Source of the DNA: Haliscomenobacter hydrossis DSM 1100
Lineage (GTDB): Bacteria; Bacteroidota; Bacteroidia; Chitinophagales; Saprospiraceae
Length of the DNA: 32,000 nt
Assembly (NCBI RefSeq): GCF_000212735.1
Contig: NC_015510.1
Location: 2,536,315-2,568,314, forward strand
Direction of reading: 5' to 3'
Shown: one piece after another, positions 1-8,100 of the stretch
Numbering within the stretch: position 1 is the first letter of the stretch
How the letters are laid out: each line of letters opens with the position of its first letter
The notes under the pieces: generated by a model
The model's database searches: none
What the model was told of the DNA's origin: nothing
Seen by the model: only the letters and a program-made list of their open reading frames with translations
Program-made: the position numbers and the translations under genes

Positions 1-2
1 AT

Positions 3-338
3 TTGCGCGCCGTGGCCGAGTTTGTCAAAGGCAAACAAAAAGCCGACAACATCACCGCCTGGATCGTACCGGGTTCCAAACAAGTAGAAAAACAAGCGCA
101 AGAAGAAGGCCTGGTGGCCATTTTTGAAGCGGCTGGTTTCCAATTGCGTCAACCTGGCTGTTCGGCATGTTTGGGCATGAACGAGGATAAAATCCCCAAA
201 GGCAAATACGCGGTGTCTACGTCCAACCGCAACTTTGAAGGCCGTCAAGGCCCCGGCGCACGCACCATGCTGGCCAGCCCCATTACGGCTGCTGCGGTGG
301 CAGTAACGGGGAAAATTGTTGATCCACGAGACCTGTAG
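3..338 (+). CDS. leuC: 3-isopropylmalate dehydratase large subunit, C-terminal fragment (gene continues upstream of the window)
   Basis: The ORF is open to the 5' edge. The 111 aa tail carries the aconitase-family signatures [14 protein letters not shown] and [12 protein letters not shown]. leuD follows directly. Confidence 0.93.
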   Translation: MRAVAEFVKGKQKADNITAWIVPGSKQVEKQAQEEGLVAIFEAAGFQLRQPGCSACLGMNEDKIPKGKYAVSTSNRNFEGRQGPGARTMLASPITAAAVAVTGKIVDPRDL

Positions 339-466
339 GGGCAACCCTACGTGGTTGCCCCTACGTGGTTGCCCCTGCGTGGTTGCCCATACGTGGTTGC
401 CCTTGATCACAGGGGCGGCCACATAGAGGGGCGGCCACAGAGGGGGGCGGCCACAGAGGGCCGCCC
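336..466. repeat. Cluster of GC-rich hairpin repeats with unequal arm copy numbers
   Basis: Read directly. GGGGCAACC is followed by four tandem 14-nt copies of its partner (CTACGTGGTTGCCC, 347-402). Then come three tandem copies of about 16 nt (AGGGGCGGCCACAGAG, 411-457), followed by a single partner GGCCGCCC. The cluster starts on the leuC TAG stop codon. Confidence 0.85.
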
Positions 467-504
467 TTACGGTAACATTTTTTTCTATCATCATATCATT
501 GATT

Positions 505-1098
505 ATGGCACGCGAAAAATTCCATTTGGTACACTCCTCAGCGGTACCCGTTCATATAGAAAACGTCGACACCGACCAGATCATCCCTGCCCGCTTCTTA
601 AAAGCAACCACTCGGGATGGCTTCGGTGAAAACCTCTTCCGCGATTGGCGGTACGATTCCAACAACCAGCCGATTGCTGATTTTGTGCTCAACAACCCAC
701 GGTACAGTGGTGATATTTTGGTGAGTGGCAAAAACTTCGGCTGCGGTTCCAGTCGTGAACACGCCGCCTGGGCCATCACCGATTATGGTTTCAAAGTGGT
801 GGTGAGCAGTTTTTTTGCAGATATTTTCAAAAACAACGCCTTGAACAACGGTCTTTTACCCGTACAGGTGTCGGATGAGTTTTTGGCACACATTTTTTCT
901 GCCATCGAACTGGATCACCAAACCACCTTCACCGTAAACCTGGAGACACAAACCTTCACGATCGATGCAACAGGCGCATCTTTTAACTTCGAAATCAATT
1001 CTTACAAAAAAGAGTGCATGCTCAACGGATACGATGACATCGATTATCTGTTGAACATGAAAGATAAAATCGCGAAGTTCGAACAAAGCAGAGCATAA
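505..1098 (+). CDS. leuD: 3-isopropylmalate dehydratase small subunit
   Basis: LeuD/aconitase swivel-domain motifs are present: [13 protein letters not shown] and [17 protein letters not shown] prefer the ATG at 505 over the TTG at 499 used by the ORF track. The gene follows leuC. Confidence 0.93.
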   Translation: MAREKFHLVHSSAVPVHIENVDTDQIIPARFLKATTRDGFGENLFRDWRYDSNNQPIADFVLNNPRYSGDILVSGKNFGCGSSREHAAWAITDYGFKVVVSSFFADIFKNNALNNGLLPVQVSDEFLAHIFSAIELDHQTTFTVNLETQTFTIDATGASFNFEINSYKKECMLNGYDDIDYLLNMKDKIAKFEQSRA

Positions 1099-1101
1099 CT
1101 T

Positions 1102-1248
1102 AAGCGAAAAGCGAATAGCGAAAAGCGAAAAGCGAAAGCGAACATGAATAGGATAGGCTTATTAAAGTTTCAAATCTTTTAATAAGTCTTCTGCTTTTCA
1201 GACCCGCCTCCGGTTTTGTTTTTCGCTTTTCGCTTTTCGTTATTCGCT
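1102..1248. repeat. Periodic-arm hairpin element, AGCGAAA (7-nt) unit type
   Basis: The left arm (AGCGAAA/AGCGAAT)x6 at 1102-1142 is the reverse complement of the right arm TTTCGCTTTTCGCTTTTCGTTATTCGCT at 1221-1248, with 1 mismatch over 28 nt. The loop contains a second small hairpin, CTTATTAAAG...CTTTTAATAAG. The element fills the leuD to leuA-like gap. Confidence 0.88.
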
Positions 1249-1255
1249 AAAAAAA

Positions 1256-2779
1256 ATGGGAAGGAAGATCGAGATCATGGACACCACCCTCCGGGATGGT
1301 GAACAAACCTCCGGCGTATCGTTTACCGATCAGGAGAAATTGAAGATAGCTCGTTTGTTGCTGGAAGAGCTCAAGGTCGACCGCATTGAAATTGCTTCTG
1401 CGCACGTCTCGGAAGGAGAATTCACGGCGGTGAAAAAGATCATGGACTGGGCCAAAGAAAAAGGCTTCATCGATCGGATCGAGATCCTGGGTTTTGTGGA
1501 TGGCGATCGTTCCCTCAACTGGATGCGCGATACCGGTGCCAAGGTGCTCAACCTGCTCACCAAAGGCTCGGAGCGCCACTGCATCCAACAGTTGCGCAAA
1601 ACCAAAGAAGAACACCTCGCCGACATTCTCGATGTGCTGACACGGGCCGAAAAACTGGGCATTCGTTCCAATGTATACCTCGAAGATTGGTCCAACGGCA
1701 TGCGTACTTCGCCCGAATACGTTTATTTTATCCTCGCAGGTTTGAGCAAAGCCGCGGTTCACCGCGTGCTTTTGCCCGATACCCTGGGCATCCTCAATCC
1801 CGACGAGACCTTCACCTATTGCGCCGATGTGCAGCAACGTTTTCCCAACCTGAGTTTTGATTTTCACGCTCACAACGACTACGACCTGGCCACCGCCAAC
1901 GTCATGGCTGCCGTAAAGGCTGGGGTGTCGGGTATTCACGTTACCCTCAATGGCCTGGGCGAACGCGCGGGCAACGTTTCCCTGTCCAGCGTGGTGGGGG
2001 TATTGAAAGACCACCTGCACTGCGAGGTTTCGGTGGACGAGAAAAAACTGTACTCCGTGAGCAAACTCGTGGAGTCCTACTCCGGCGTGCGGATTCCGAC
2101 CAACAAGCCGATCATTGGCGAGTTTGTCTTTACCCAAACCAGCGGCATCCACGCCGATGGCGACCAAAAGGGCAACCTCTACCACAACGACCTGAGCCCC
2201 GAGCGCTTCAACCGCAAGCACTCTTACGCCCTGGGTAAAATGGCGGGCAAATCCAGCATCCGCAAAAACCTGGAAGAACTGGGCATCGAACTCGACCAAG
2301 AATCGATGCGCCTGGTGACCAAAGCCGTCAACGAACTGGGCGACCGCAAAGAGGTCGTCACGCAAGAAGACCTGCCCTACATCATCGCCGATGTACTGGA
2401 CAAACAAACCCTCGCCCAGCGGGTGCGCATCAAAAACTATGCACTGTCAGTAGCCGCAGGTCTGCGTTCGGTAGCGACCCTCAGCATCGAGATTGATGGC
2501 AAAACCTACGAGCGTACCGCCGATGGCGATGGCCAATACGATGCCTTCATGAGCGCCCTGCGCCAGATTTATCAATCTTTGGGCAAAAACCTGCCCCGCC
2601 TGACGGATTACGTAGTCACCATTCCTCCGGGCGGAAAAACGGACGCCTTGTGCCAAACCGCCATCACCTGGCAACAGGATGAAGGCCGGCCCTTTAAAAC
2701 CAGCGGCCTTGACTCTGATCAGGCCATCGCGGCGATTAAGGCGACAATCAAAATGTTGAATCTTATCGAAAATCAATAA
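1256..2779 (+). CDS. LeuA/CimA-family synthase (2-isopropylmalate synthase or (R)-citramalate synthase type)
   Basis: 507 aa. It has the HMGL-like N-terminal signature [16 protein letters not shown], the metal-site motif [13 protein letters not shown], and a C-terminal LeuA-dimer-like regulatory region of about 100 aa. From memory, the N-terminus resembles the short CimA-type enzymes. It sits between leuD and leuB. Confidence 0.88.
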   Translation: MGRKIEIMDTTLRDGEQTSGVSFTDQEKLKIARLLLEELKVDRIEIASAHVSEGEFTAVKKIMDWAKEKGFIDRIEILGFVDGDRSLNWMRDTGAKVLNLLTKGSERHCIQQLRKTKEEHLADILDVLTRAEKLGIRSNVYLEDWSNGMRTSPEYVYFILAGLSKAAVHRVLLPDTLGILNPDETFTYCADVQQRFPNLSFDFHAHNDYDLATANVMAAVKAGVSGIHVTLNGLGERAGNVSLSSVVGVLKDHLHCEVSVDEKKLYSVSKLVESYSGVRIPTNKPIIGEFVFTQTSGIHADGDQKGNLYHNDLSPERFNRKHSYALGKMAGKSSIRKNLEELGIELDQESMRLVTKAVNELGDRKEVVTQEDLPYIIADVLDKQTLAQRVRIKNYALSVAAGLRSVATLSIEIDGKTYERTADGDGQYDAFMSALRQIYQSLGKNLPRLTDYVVTIPPGGKTDALCQTAITWQQDEGRPFKTSGLDSDQAIAAIKATIKMLNLIENQ

Positions 2780-2780
2780 A

Positions 2781-2900
2781 GAAGGTTCGGGGGTTCGAAG
2801 GTTCGGGAGTTCGGGGGTTCAAAACGGTCACCGAGCGAAGTCGAGGTGCAGTTTTGAACCCTCGAACCCTCGAACCTTCGAACCCCCGAACCCTAAAACC
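2781..2900. repeat. Periodic-arm hairpin element, GGTTCGRR (8-nt) unit type
   Basis: The left arm at 2781-2824 is five GGTTCGRR octamers plus AAAAC. The right arm at 2851-2900 is its reverse complement, differing only by A/G transitions. The loop at 2826-2850 is GGTCACCGAGCGAAGTCGAGGTGCA. The element starts 1 nt after the stop of the upstream gene and ends 7 nt before the leuB ATG. Confidence 0.92.
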
Positions 2901-2907
2901 TTTACAA

Positions 2908-3978
2908 ATGAAATTCACTATCGCAAAACTTCCCGGCGACGGTATTGGCCCGGAAGTAGTGGCGCAAGCAGTAAAAGTACTGGAAGCCATTGGCAAAAAG
3001 TACGGTCATGAATTTGATTTTACCTTTGGCATCACTGGCGCTCACGCCATCGATGAAGTAGGTGAGCCTTACCCGGAATCGACCCACCAGATTTGTATGG
3101 ATGCCGATGCGGTACTCTTTGGGGCCATCGGTGATCCCAAGTACGACAACGATCCGAAGGCGAAAGTACGCCCTGAGCAAGGCCTCCTGGCCATGCGCAA
3201 AAAACTGGGTTTGTACGCCAACATTCGCCCCATCAATACTTTTCCTTCCCTGATCCATAAATCTCCCTTGCGCCCTGATCTGGTGGAAGGTGCCGACTTT
3301 GTGGTGATCCGTGAATTGACTGGCGGGATTTATTTTGGCGAACCCCGTGGCCGCAGCGAAAATGGCGAAAAAGCTTACGATACCTGCGTGTACACCAAAG
3401 AGGAAGTGACGCGCATCACCAAACTTGGCTTCGAATACGCCCGCCTACGCAACAAACGCATGACCGTAGTGGACAAAGCCAACGTACTGGCTACTTCCCG
3501 CTTGTGGCGCGAGACGGTGCAAGGTATGGTGGCCGATTATCCCGATGTGGAAGTGGATTACATGTTCGTCGACAACGCGGCCATGCAAATCATCCAGTGG
3601 CCTAAGAAATTTGACGTGATGCTGACCGAAAACATGTTCGGCGACATCCTTTCCGACGAGGCGAGTGTGATCACCGGGTCTTTGGGCTTGTTGCCTTCGG
3701 CTTCGGTGGGGATTCACACCTCGGTGTTTGAACCGATCCACGGCTCGTATCCCCAAGCGGCGGGTAAAGACATTGCCAACCCGATTGGCACGGTGCTTTC
3801 GGCTGCATTGCTCCTGGAGTTGGGCCTCAAACTGCCCGCCGAAGCAAAAGCGGTACGTGATGCGGTAGATGCCTCCCTGGCTGCCGATGCGGTGACGGAA
3901 GACATTGCTACGGATAAAGCCAAAGCCTTCAAAACCTCAGCGGTGGGGGATTGGTTGGCGGAGTATATTTTGAAGTAA
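2908..3978 (+). CDS. leuB: 3-isopropylmalate dehydrogenase
   Basis: The product starts [17 protein letters not shown] and carries [12 protein letters not shown], the isocitrate/isopropylmalate dehydrogenase signature. The ORF-track start at 2854 only translates the hairpin arm ([12 protein letters not shown]), so I prefer the ATG at 2908. Confidence 0.93.
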   Translation: MKFTIAKLPGDGIGPEVVAQAVKVLEAIGKKYGHEFDFTFGITGAHAIDEVGEPYPESTHQICMDADAVLFGAIGDPKYDNDPKAKVRPEQGLLAMRKKLGLYANIRPINTFPSLIHKSPLRPDLVEGADFVVIRELTGGIYFGEPRGRSENGEKAYDTCVYTKEEVTRITKLGFEYARLRNKRMTVVDKANVLATSRLWRETVQGMVADYPDVEVDYMFVDNAAMQIIQWPKKFDVMLTENMFGDILSDEASVITGSLGLLPSASVGIHTSVFEPIHGSYPQAAGKDIANPIGTVLSAALLLELGLKLPAEAKAVRDAVDASLAADAVTEDIATDKAKAFKTSAVGDWLAEYILK

Positions 3979-3996
3979 AATAACCATCTCGAACTC

Positions 3997-4025
3997 CTCT
4001 CCGAAAGTTTCAGACTTTCGGAGAG
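3997..4025 (+). terminator. Perfect 12-bp stem hairpin downstream of leuB (possible terminator or 3' stabiliser)
   Basis: CTCTCCGAAAGT-TTCAG-ACTTTCGGAGAG lies 19 nt after the leuB stop. No U-tract follows, so a terminator function is uncertain. The CCGAAAGT/ACTTTCGG core recurs at 4607-4636. Confidence 0.45.
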
Positions 4026-4076
4026 ATTAAGTCCGTACAACTCTTGCTCGGAGCCTTCGGCTCTGTCGCATTAGTT

Positions 4077-4169
4077 ACAATGGGAACGCGGATGACGCGG
4101 ATTAAGCGGATTTTCGCTGATCAAATCCGTCTAAATCCGCTTAATCCGCGTCATCCGCGTTCCCATTGT
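4077..4169. repeat. Perfect 36-bp-stem hairpin (GCGGAT-rich family)
   Basis: ACAATGGGAACGCGGATGACGCGGATTAAGCGGATT at 4077-4112 has its exact reverse complement ending at 4169, around a loop of about 20 nt. Confidence 0.9.
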
Positions 4170-4210
4170 TGTCGCTTTTATGCATTGGGAGTTCACGGAG
4201 TGGGAGGTAA

Positions 4211-4542
4211 TACGTCAAGCGTAAAGGAAAATCCTGGTTGTGTTGAACCACTTACTCGCCACTTCGTGGGGCGCTCGTCGATCCCAAATTGCTCGCTGTC
4301 GCGAGCGGGCTCGACGATCGCAACAGCCTTAGATCCTACTCCTGGTCGAACCAGCGTAAAAAGCTTGACCTGCCGTAGGCCCTAGAACCATGAAAAATAA
4401 TTCTTTATTTTTTGAGCTAAGGCAAACCTCAACGGCCACGCAGGATCCCAAACCCGCGATCGTCGAGCCCGCTCGCGACAGCGAGCATTTTGGGATCGAC
4501 GAGCGCTCACGGAGTGACGCGTAAAATCTTCATTTGAAACGC
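4211..4542. repeat. Structured ~330 bp element, copy 1 (internal 51-bp inverted repeat)
   Basis: This segment aligns with 4692-5022 at roughly 90 percent identity by eye. Arms at 4271-4321 and 4456-4506 are reverse complements, with 1 mismatch. Imperfect pairing extends the stem outward to about 4252-4525. The central loop is A+T-rich. Confidence 0.85.
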
Positions 4543-4606
4543 GCAATCTGCGACGTATTTGCTCCGCACCATCTCCCGCTGCTCCGAAAAATCTACCGCG
4601 CTTGAA

Positions 4607-4636
4607 CATCCCGAAAGTCTTGAAACTTTCGGGATG
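4607..4636. repeat. Perfect 12-bp stem hairpin, CCGAAAGT/ACTTTCGG core
   Basis: CATCCCGAAAGT-CTTGAA-ACTTTCGGGATG. It shares its 8-nt core with the hairpin at 3997-4025. Confidence 0.75.
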
Positions 4637-4691
4637 GGACTCTTGGTTTTGCGACAACTGATTGTTGTTCGCTTTTCCAAAAAGATAGGGT

Positions 4692-5022
4692 TACGTCAAA
4701 TGTAAAGGAGAATCCCGGTTGTGTTGAACCAATTACTCGCCACTACGTGGGGCGCTCGTCGATCCCAAAATGCTCGCTGGCGCGAGCGGGCTCGACGATC
4801 GCGGGGCCTTAGACCCTACTCCTGGTCGAACCAGCGTAAAAACTTGACCTGCCCTAGGCCCTAGAGCCATGAAAAATAATTCTTTACTTTTTTTTACCTA
4901 AAGCAAACCCCAACAGCCACGCAGGATCTCAAAACCCGCGATCGTCGAGCCCGCTCGCGACAGCGAGCATTTTGGGATAGAGCGCTCACGGAGTGACGTG
5001 TAAAATCTTCAGTTGAAACGCC
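4692..5022. repeat. Structured ~330 bp element, copy 2
   Basis: This is a direct repeat of 4211-4542, offset by 481 nt. It has the same internal inverted repeat (GCGCTCGTCGATCCCAAAATGCTCGCTGGCGCGAGCGGGCTCGACGATCGC and its partner), with a few substitutions and small indels. Confidence 0.85.
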
Positions 5023-5150
5023 CCACCACATCCGCCCACGCCATAGCCCTGCTACAGGCCATTACTCGCTCCCGCTCGCTGATGGCCTGAGCGGGCTATT
5101 TGCGAACATTTTTTTAGCTCACAGGAAAGCCGGAAGGGTCACCGCAGTAA

Positions 5151-8100
5151 CTAGAGGGCCAAACGAAACCCCAAGTGGTCGTCGCGGTACGTGGGCGCGT
5201 AGCCGCTGCGAGCGGACACGCGGCAGTTCCCCGCGCTGAGGCTCCAGCTACCGCCACGAGTCACACGGTAAGAGCCCGAGTTTGCCCCTCCAGGATTCGT
5301 CTGTTTATTGCTGGAATAATCTCCATACCTATCCTCACACCATTCCCACACATTGCCACTCATATCATAGATCCCCAATTGATTGGCCTTTTTCCGCCCC
5401 ACCGGATTGGTGCCTTTTGAATTATCGCCGTACCAGGCCACCTCATCAATCCGATCACTCCCGGCGTATTTAAACTTAACTTTCTGACCATTCTCCCCAC
5501 CCCGTGCCGCATACTCCCATTCCGCCTCGGTAGGTAAGCGGTACTGCTGTCCGGTTTTATTGCTCAACCAGCGGCAATAGGCCACCGCACCATCCCAATT
5601 CACCATGATCACCGGATATTTTTCATACCCTTTGGCGGGCTGCCAGCGGGTTTGACCATTTACGGTCGTTTTTTGCAGGCCCCATTCATTTTCCTCGATG
5701 TACCGATCCAGGTTATCTACCCGGTTGGGGTTTACGGTTACATCATTCAAAAATGCGGCATACTCCGCATTGGTTACTTCGTGTTTTCCAATCGAATAGG
5801 TACCCAAAGTCACCTCATGCGCAGGTTTTTCACTCTCGAAACAATCCTTATCTCGTTTATCCTCACAGCCCATCACAAAAGTCCCGCCATTTACCCGAAT
5901 CATTTCCGGCGCAATGGGTTTATAGGTCGTTTGCTCAATGTTCGGGCGTTGTTCATTCTGAGGTGGAGGGCTGGTCTGTTCAGGTACCCGCTGCAGGCGG
6001 ATGTCCTCAAAGCGTTCATTGCTCAAGCCACGCAATTGCGACTGGGTAAAGCTGCGCTCAAAGGGCAGATACCCCTCCATGTTTACCTTGACGGTCAAAC
6101 CCGTGATGCGCCGCAAATCGCGCCGCAAGGTGAAGGCACCGCGGGCAGTGCTCTGTCCACGGGTACTGCGGATTTCACTACCTGTATTCCACTCATAGAT
6201 CATCGTGGCCCCAGAGACAAGTTCTCCCGTGCGGTCATCCAATACTCGCCCGTTCAGAATGGCCACGGTATCCTCCGGTACTGGAGGAACGGCTACAGGG
6301 GGCAAGCCCCAGCGCTGGGGGTGGGCAATGGCCAGACGGGCCACCACCTTAATCGCATTGGGATTGGGGTTGATCTGGATCAACTCCGCCACCAAGCTAT
6401 CGGTACGGCGGAGATCACCGGGGCGATTGAGGTTGCTGCGCAAGGTAAACAAAGCAGTCCCATCCCGTGCCTTGGCCGGAAGTTCTTGAGCAAGAACAAA
6501 GCTTGGGGCGCGGGTACGGGCATTGCGCTGGGCAGGGTTGTTGGGCTGCGCGCGTTCCACGGCCAGTACCCGCAAGCGCAAACTCTTGTCGCGATTGGGG
6601 TTGGTGTAATAATTCACCTGTACTTCCAAACTCAGGTTTTGGGCTTTGCCCGGAAAAATATCAATGAGCCGCGAAGGTTCTTTTTGCAAAAGCGTCGCCA
6701 GATTGGGGCGGATACGGGTCGTATCAAAAAAGCCCAGGGTATCCAGCTCATAGTGAATGCCCTCGGCCAGGGAGGGGTCATTGGTGGTATTGGTCAGGAA
6801 ATAGATGACTCCTTCGGCGTGTTTGCTGGCGAGGGCCAGAGCTTGGAAGGCTTCCTGTTCAACCGCACGGATATTGCTTCCAGTGAAATATTGGTCCGCC
6901 AGATCGCGGTTGGCTCGGAACTGCTCGATGCTTCTATCGGTAGGTTCTGGCAAGTTAGTTCCCCGGCGCCAGGCATTGTAAAACATGACACCCCGGTTGT
7001 AGTTCAGCCGTGCCAGATTCAGCGCAGCCGTGCGTTGTGGGAGTACCAACCGATTTTTTTCCTCATATCGCTGCGCCTGCTCCAGCTTTTGGCTTACTGT
7101 TGGCCAATGCTCAACGGTTATGGGTACATTGCTACCCCCCTGGATGTTTTTGAGCATTTCCGGAAATGCCTGTTCCTTGTACACCTGCACCGCCTGGTTG
7201 TTTAAAATAACCGCACTATCTACCGCGATGATTTCTTTTATGAAAATGTTGCTGCGCAATTTGGTTTTGGGGTCAAACTGTTGCTGGCCGGGGTCTTTGC
7301 CAAAAGCCAAGCGATAAAGTTTGTCGTTATCCGTCAAGAGCAGACTGAATACCAAGACCAGGAAGGCCACAAAAAAAGCCAGCAGCCGCCAAAACGCTGC
7401 ATTGATGAGCGGTGGTTTGGGTGGCTTTGCCACTTCCGGTGTTTCTTGCTGGGGAATTTCTTCATTTCCCTCCAAAAAGCGCCGCAAGGTCGGTTCATCC
7501 GGGTTGAGCGGAAAATCGGGCTGCTGGAAAAAAGTATTGCTTTGGCTGATGTTTTGCTCATAACTTTGTTCATAAGCTTCCTCCGCTTGTGGCGCTTGTT
7601 TGGTAAATCCACCCTTTGTCGCCGGGCCCGAGCGTCGTTTGGGCGTCAATTCACGCACGGCTACACCGCCCAGATCTTCAATGTGCAAGCGATTGAACCA
7701 GCCTTGGTCCAGCAACAATTTTACCTGTGCTTTAGATTCAGGACTAGAGGGAGTCAAGGCAAAGCGTTGCACGGCCAGATTCGTTTGTAGCGCCCGATTG
7801 GCAAAACCCGGAGCAGCCTCGGCCAGCGAGGCTTCCAGTTCGTTGGCGATGGCGGTACGGGCGAGTTCTTCGTCGTACAATTGCAAATCAGCCAACAATT
7901 CTTTGCGCAAACGTGGGTTGATTTTACCCTCCTGCAAACTGGGAATCCGCGCCAGCACCAGCAGGCTATCGGCATTCAGCGGGATGTCCAGTGCTGCGCC
8001 GACGGCCAGGGTAATTTCCCAGGTTGGTGAGGGATACAAGGCCAGCGCACAAAACCAGCGGTACAAATCCGAGCCGTAGCCCAGGTATTCGGCGTGGTCG

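Noticed and set aside
351-629. A 92-aa plus-strand ORF spanning the leuC-leuD spacer and running into leuD
   Set aside because: Its first half translates the tandem GC-rich repeats ([30 protein letters not shown]). Its second half is out of frame with leuD.
1247-2407. A 386-aa minus-strand ORF opposite the leuA/cimA-like gene
   Set aside because: It is antisense to a gene with unambiguous family signatures. Its own translation has no motifs and an odd composition (many V, F, H and G).
2854-2907. N-terminal extensions proposed by the ORF track: leuB from 2854, the AAA gene from 16011, fahA from 11472, the pfkB-family gene from 14950, the 472-aa gene from 23513 and the 738-aa gene from 25739
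   Set aside because: The extensions translate hairpin arms ([37 protein letters not shown]) or overlap the tRNA. In each case an internal ATG gives the canonical family N-terminus or a clean signal peptide.
4044-4657. ORFs 4044-4385 (plus strand) and 4382-4657 (minus strand) in the leuB-distal gap
   Set aside because: They run through perfect hairpins and the duplicated 330-bp element. Their peptides (RIKRIFADQIRLNPLNPRHPRS and similar) are translated palindromes, so they are not credible proteins.
5151-5300. A diversity-generating retroelement targeting the C-terminal FGE-sulfatase (C-type-lectin-fold) domain
   Set aside because: DGR targets often end in exactly this fold. However, the window contains no reverse transcriptase gene, and I found no template-repeat copy of the last ~130 nt of the gene in the adjacent 1.1 kb repeat-rich gap or elsewhere.
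5652-7205. A 517-aa plus-strand ORF, together with many other ORFs of 60-250 aa on the plus strand between 5175 and 9950, for example 8094-8849 and 7281-7790
   Set aside because: All are nested antisense within the domain-bearing 1648-codon minus-strand ORF. Their translations are low-complexity (rich in R, G, A, L and Q) with no recognisable motif. They are typical shadow ORFs opposite a long gene in moderately GC-rich DNA.
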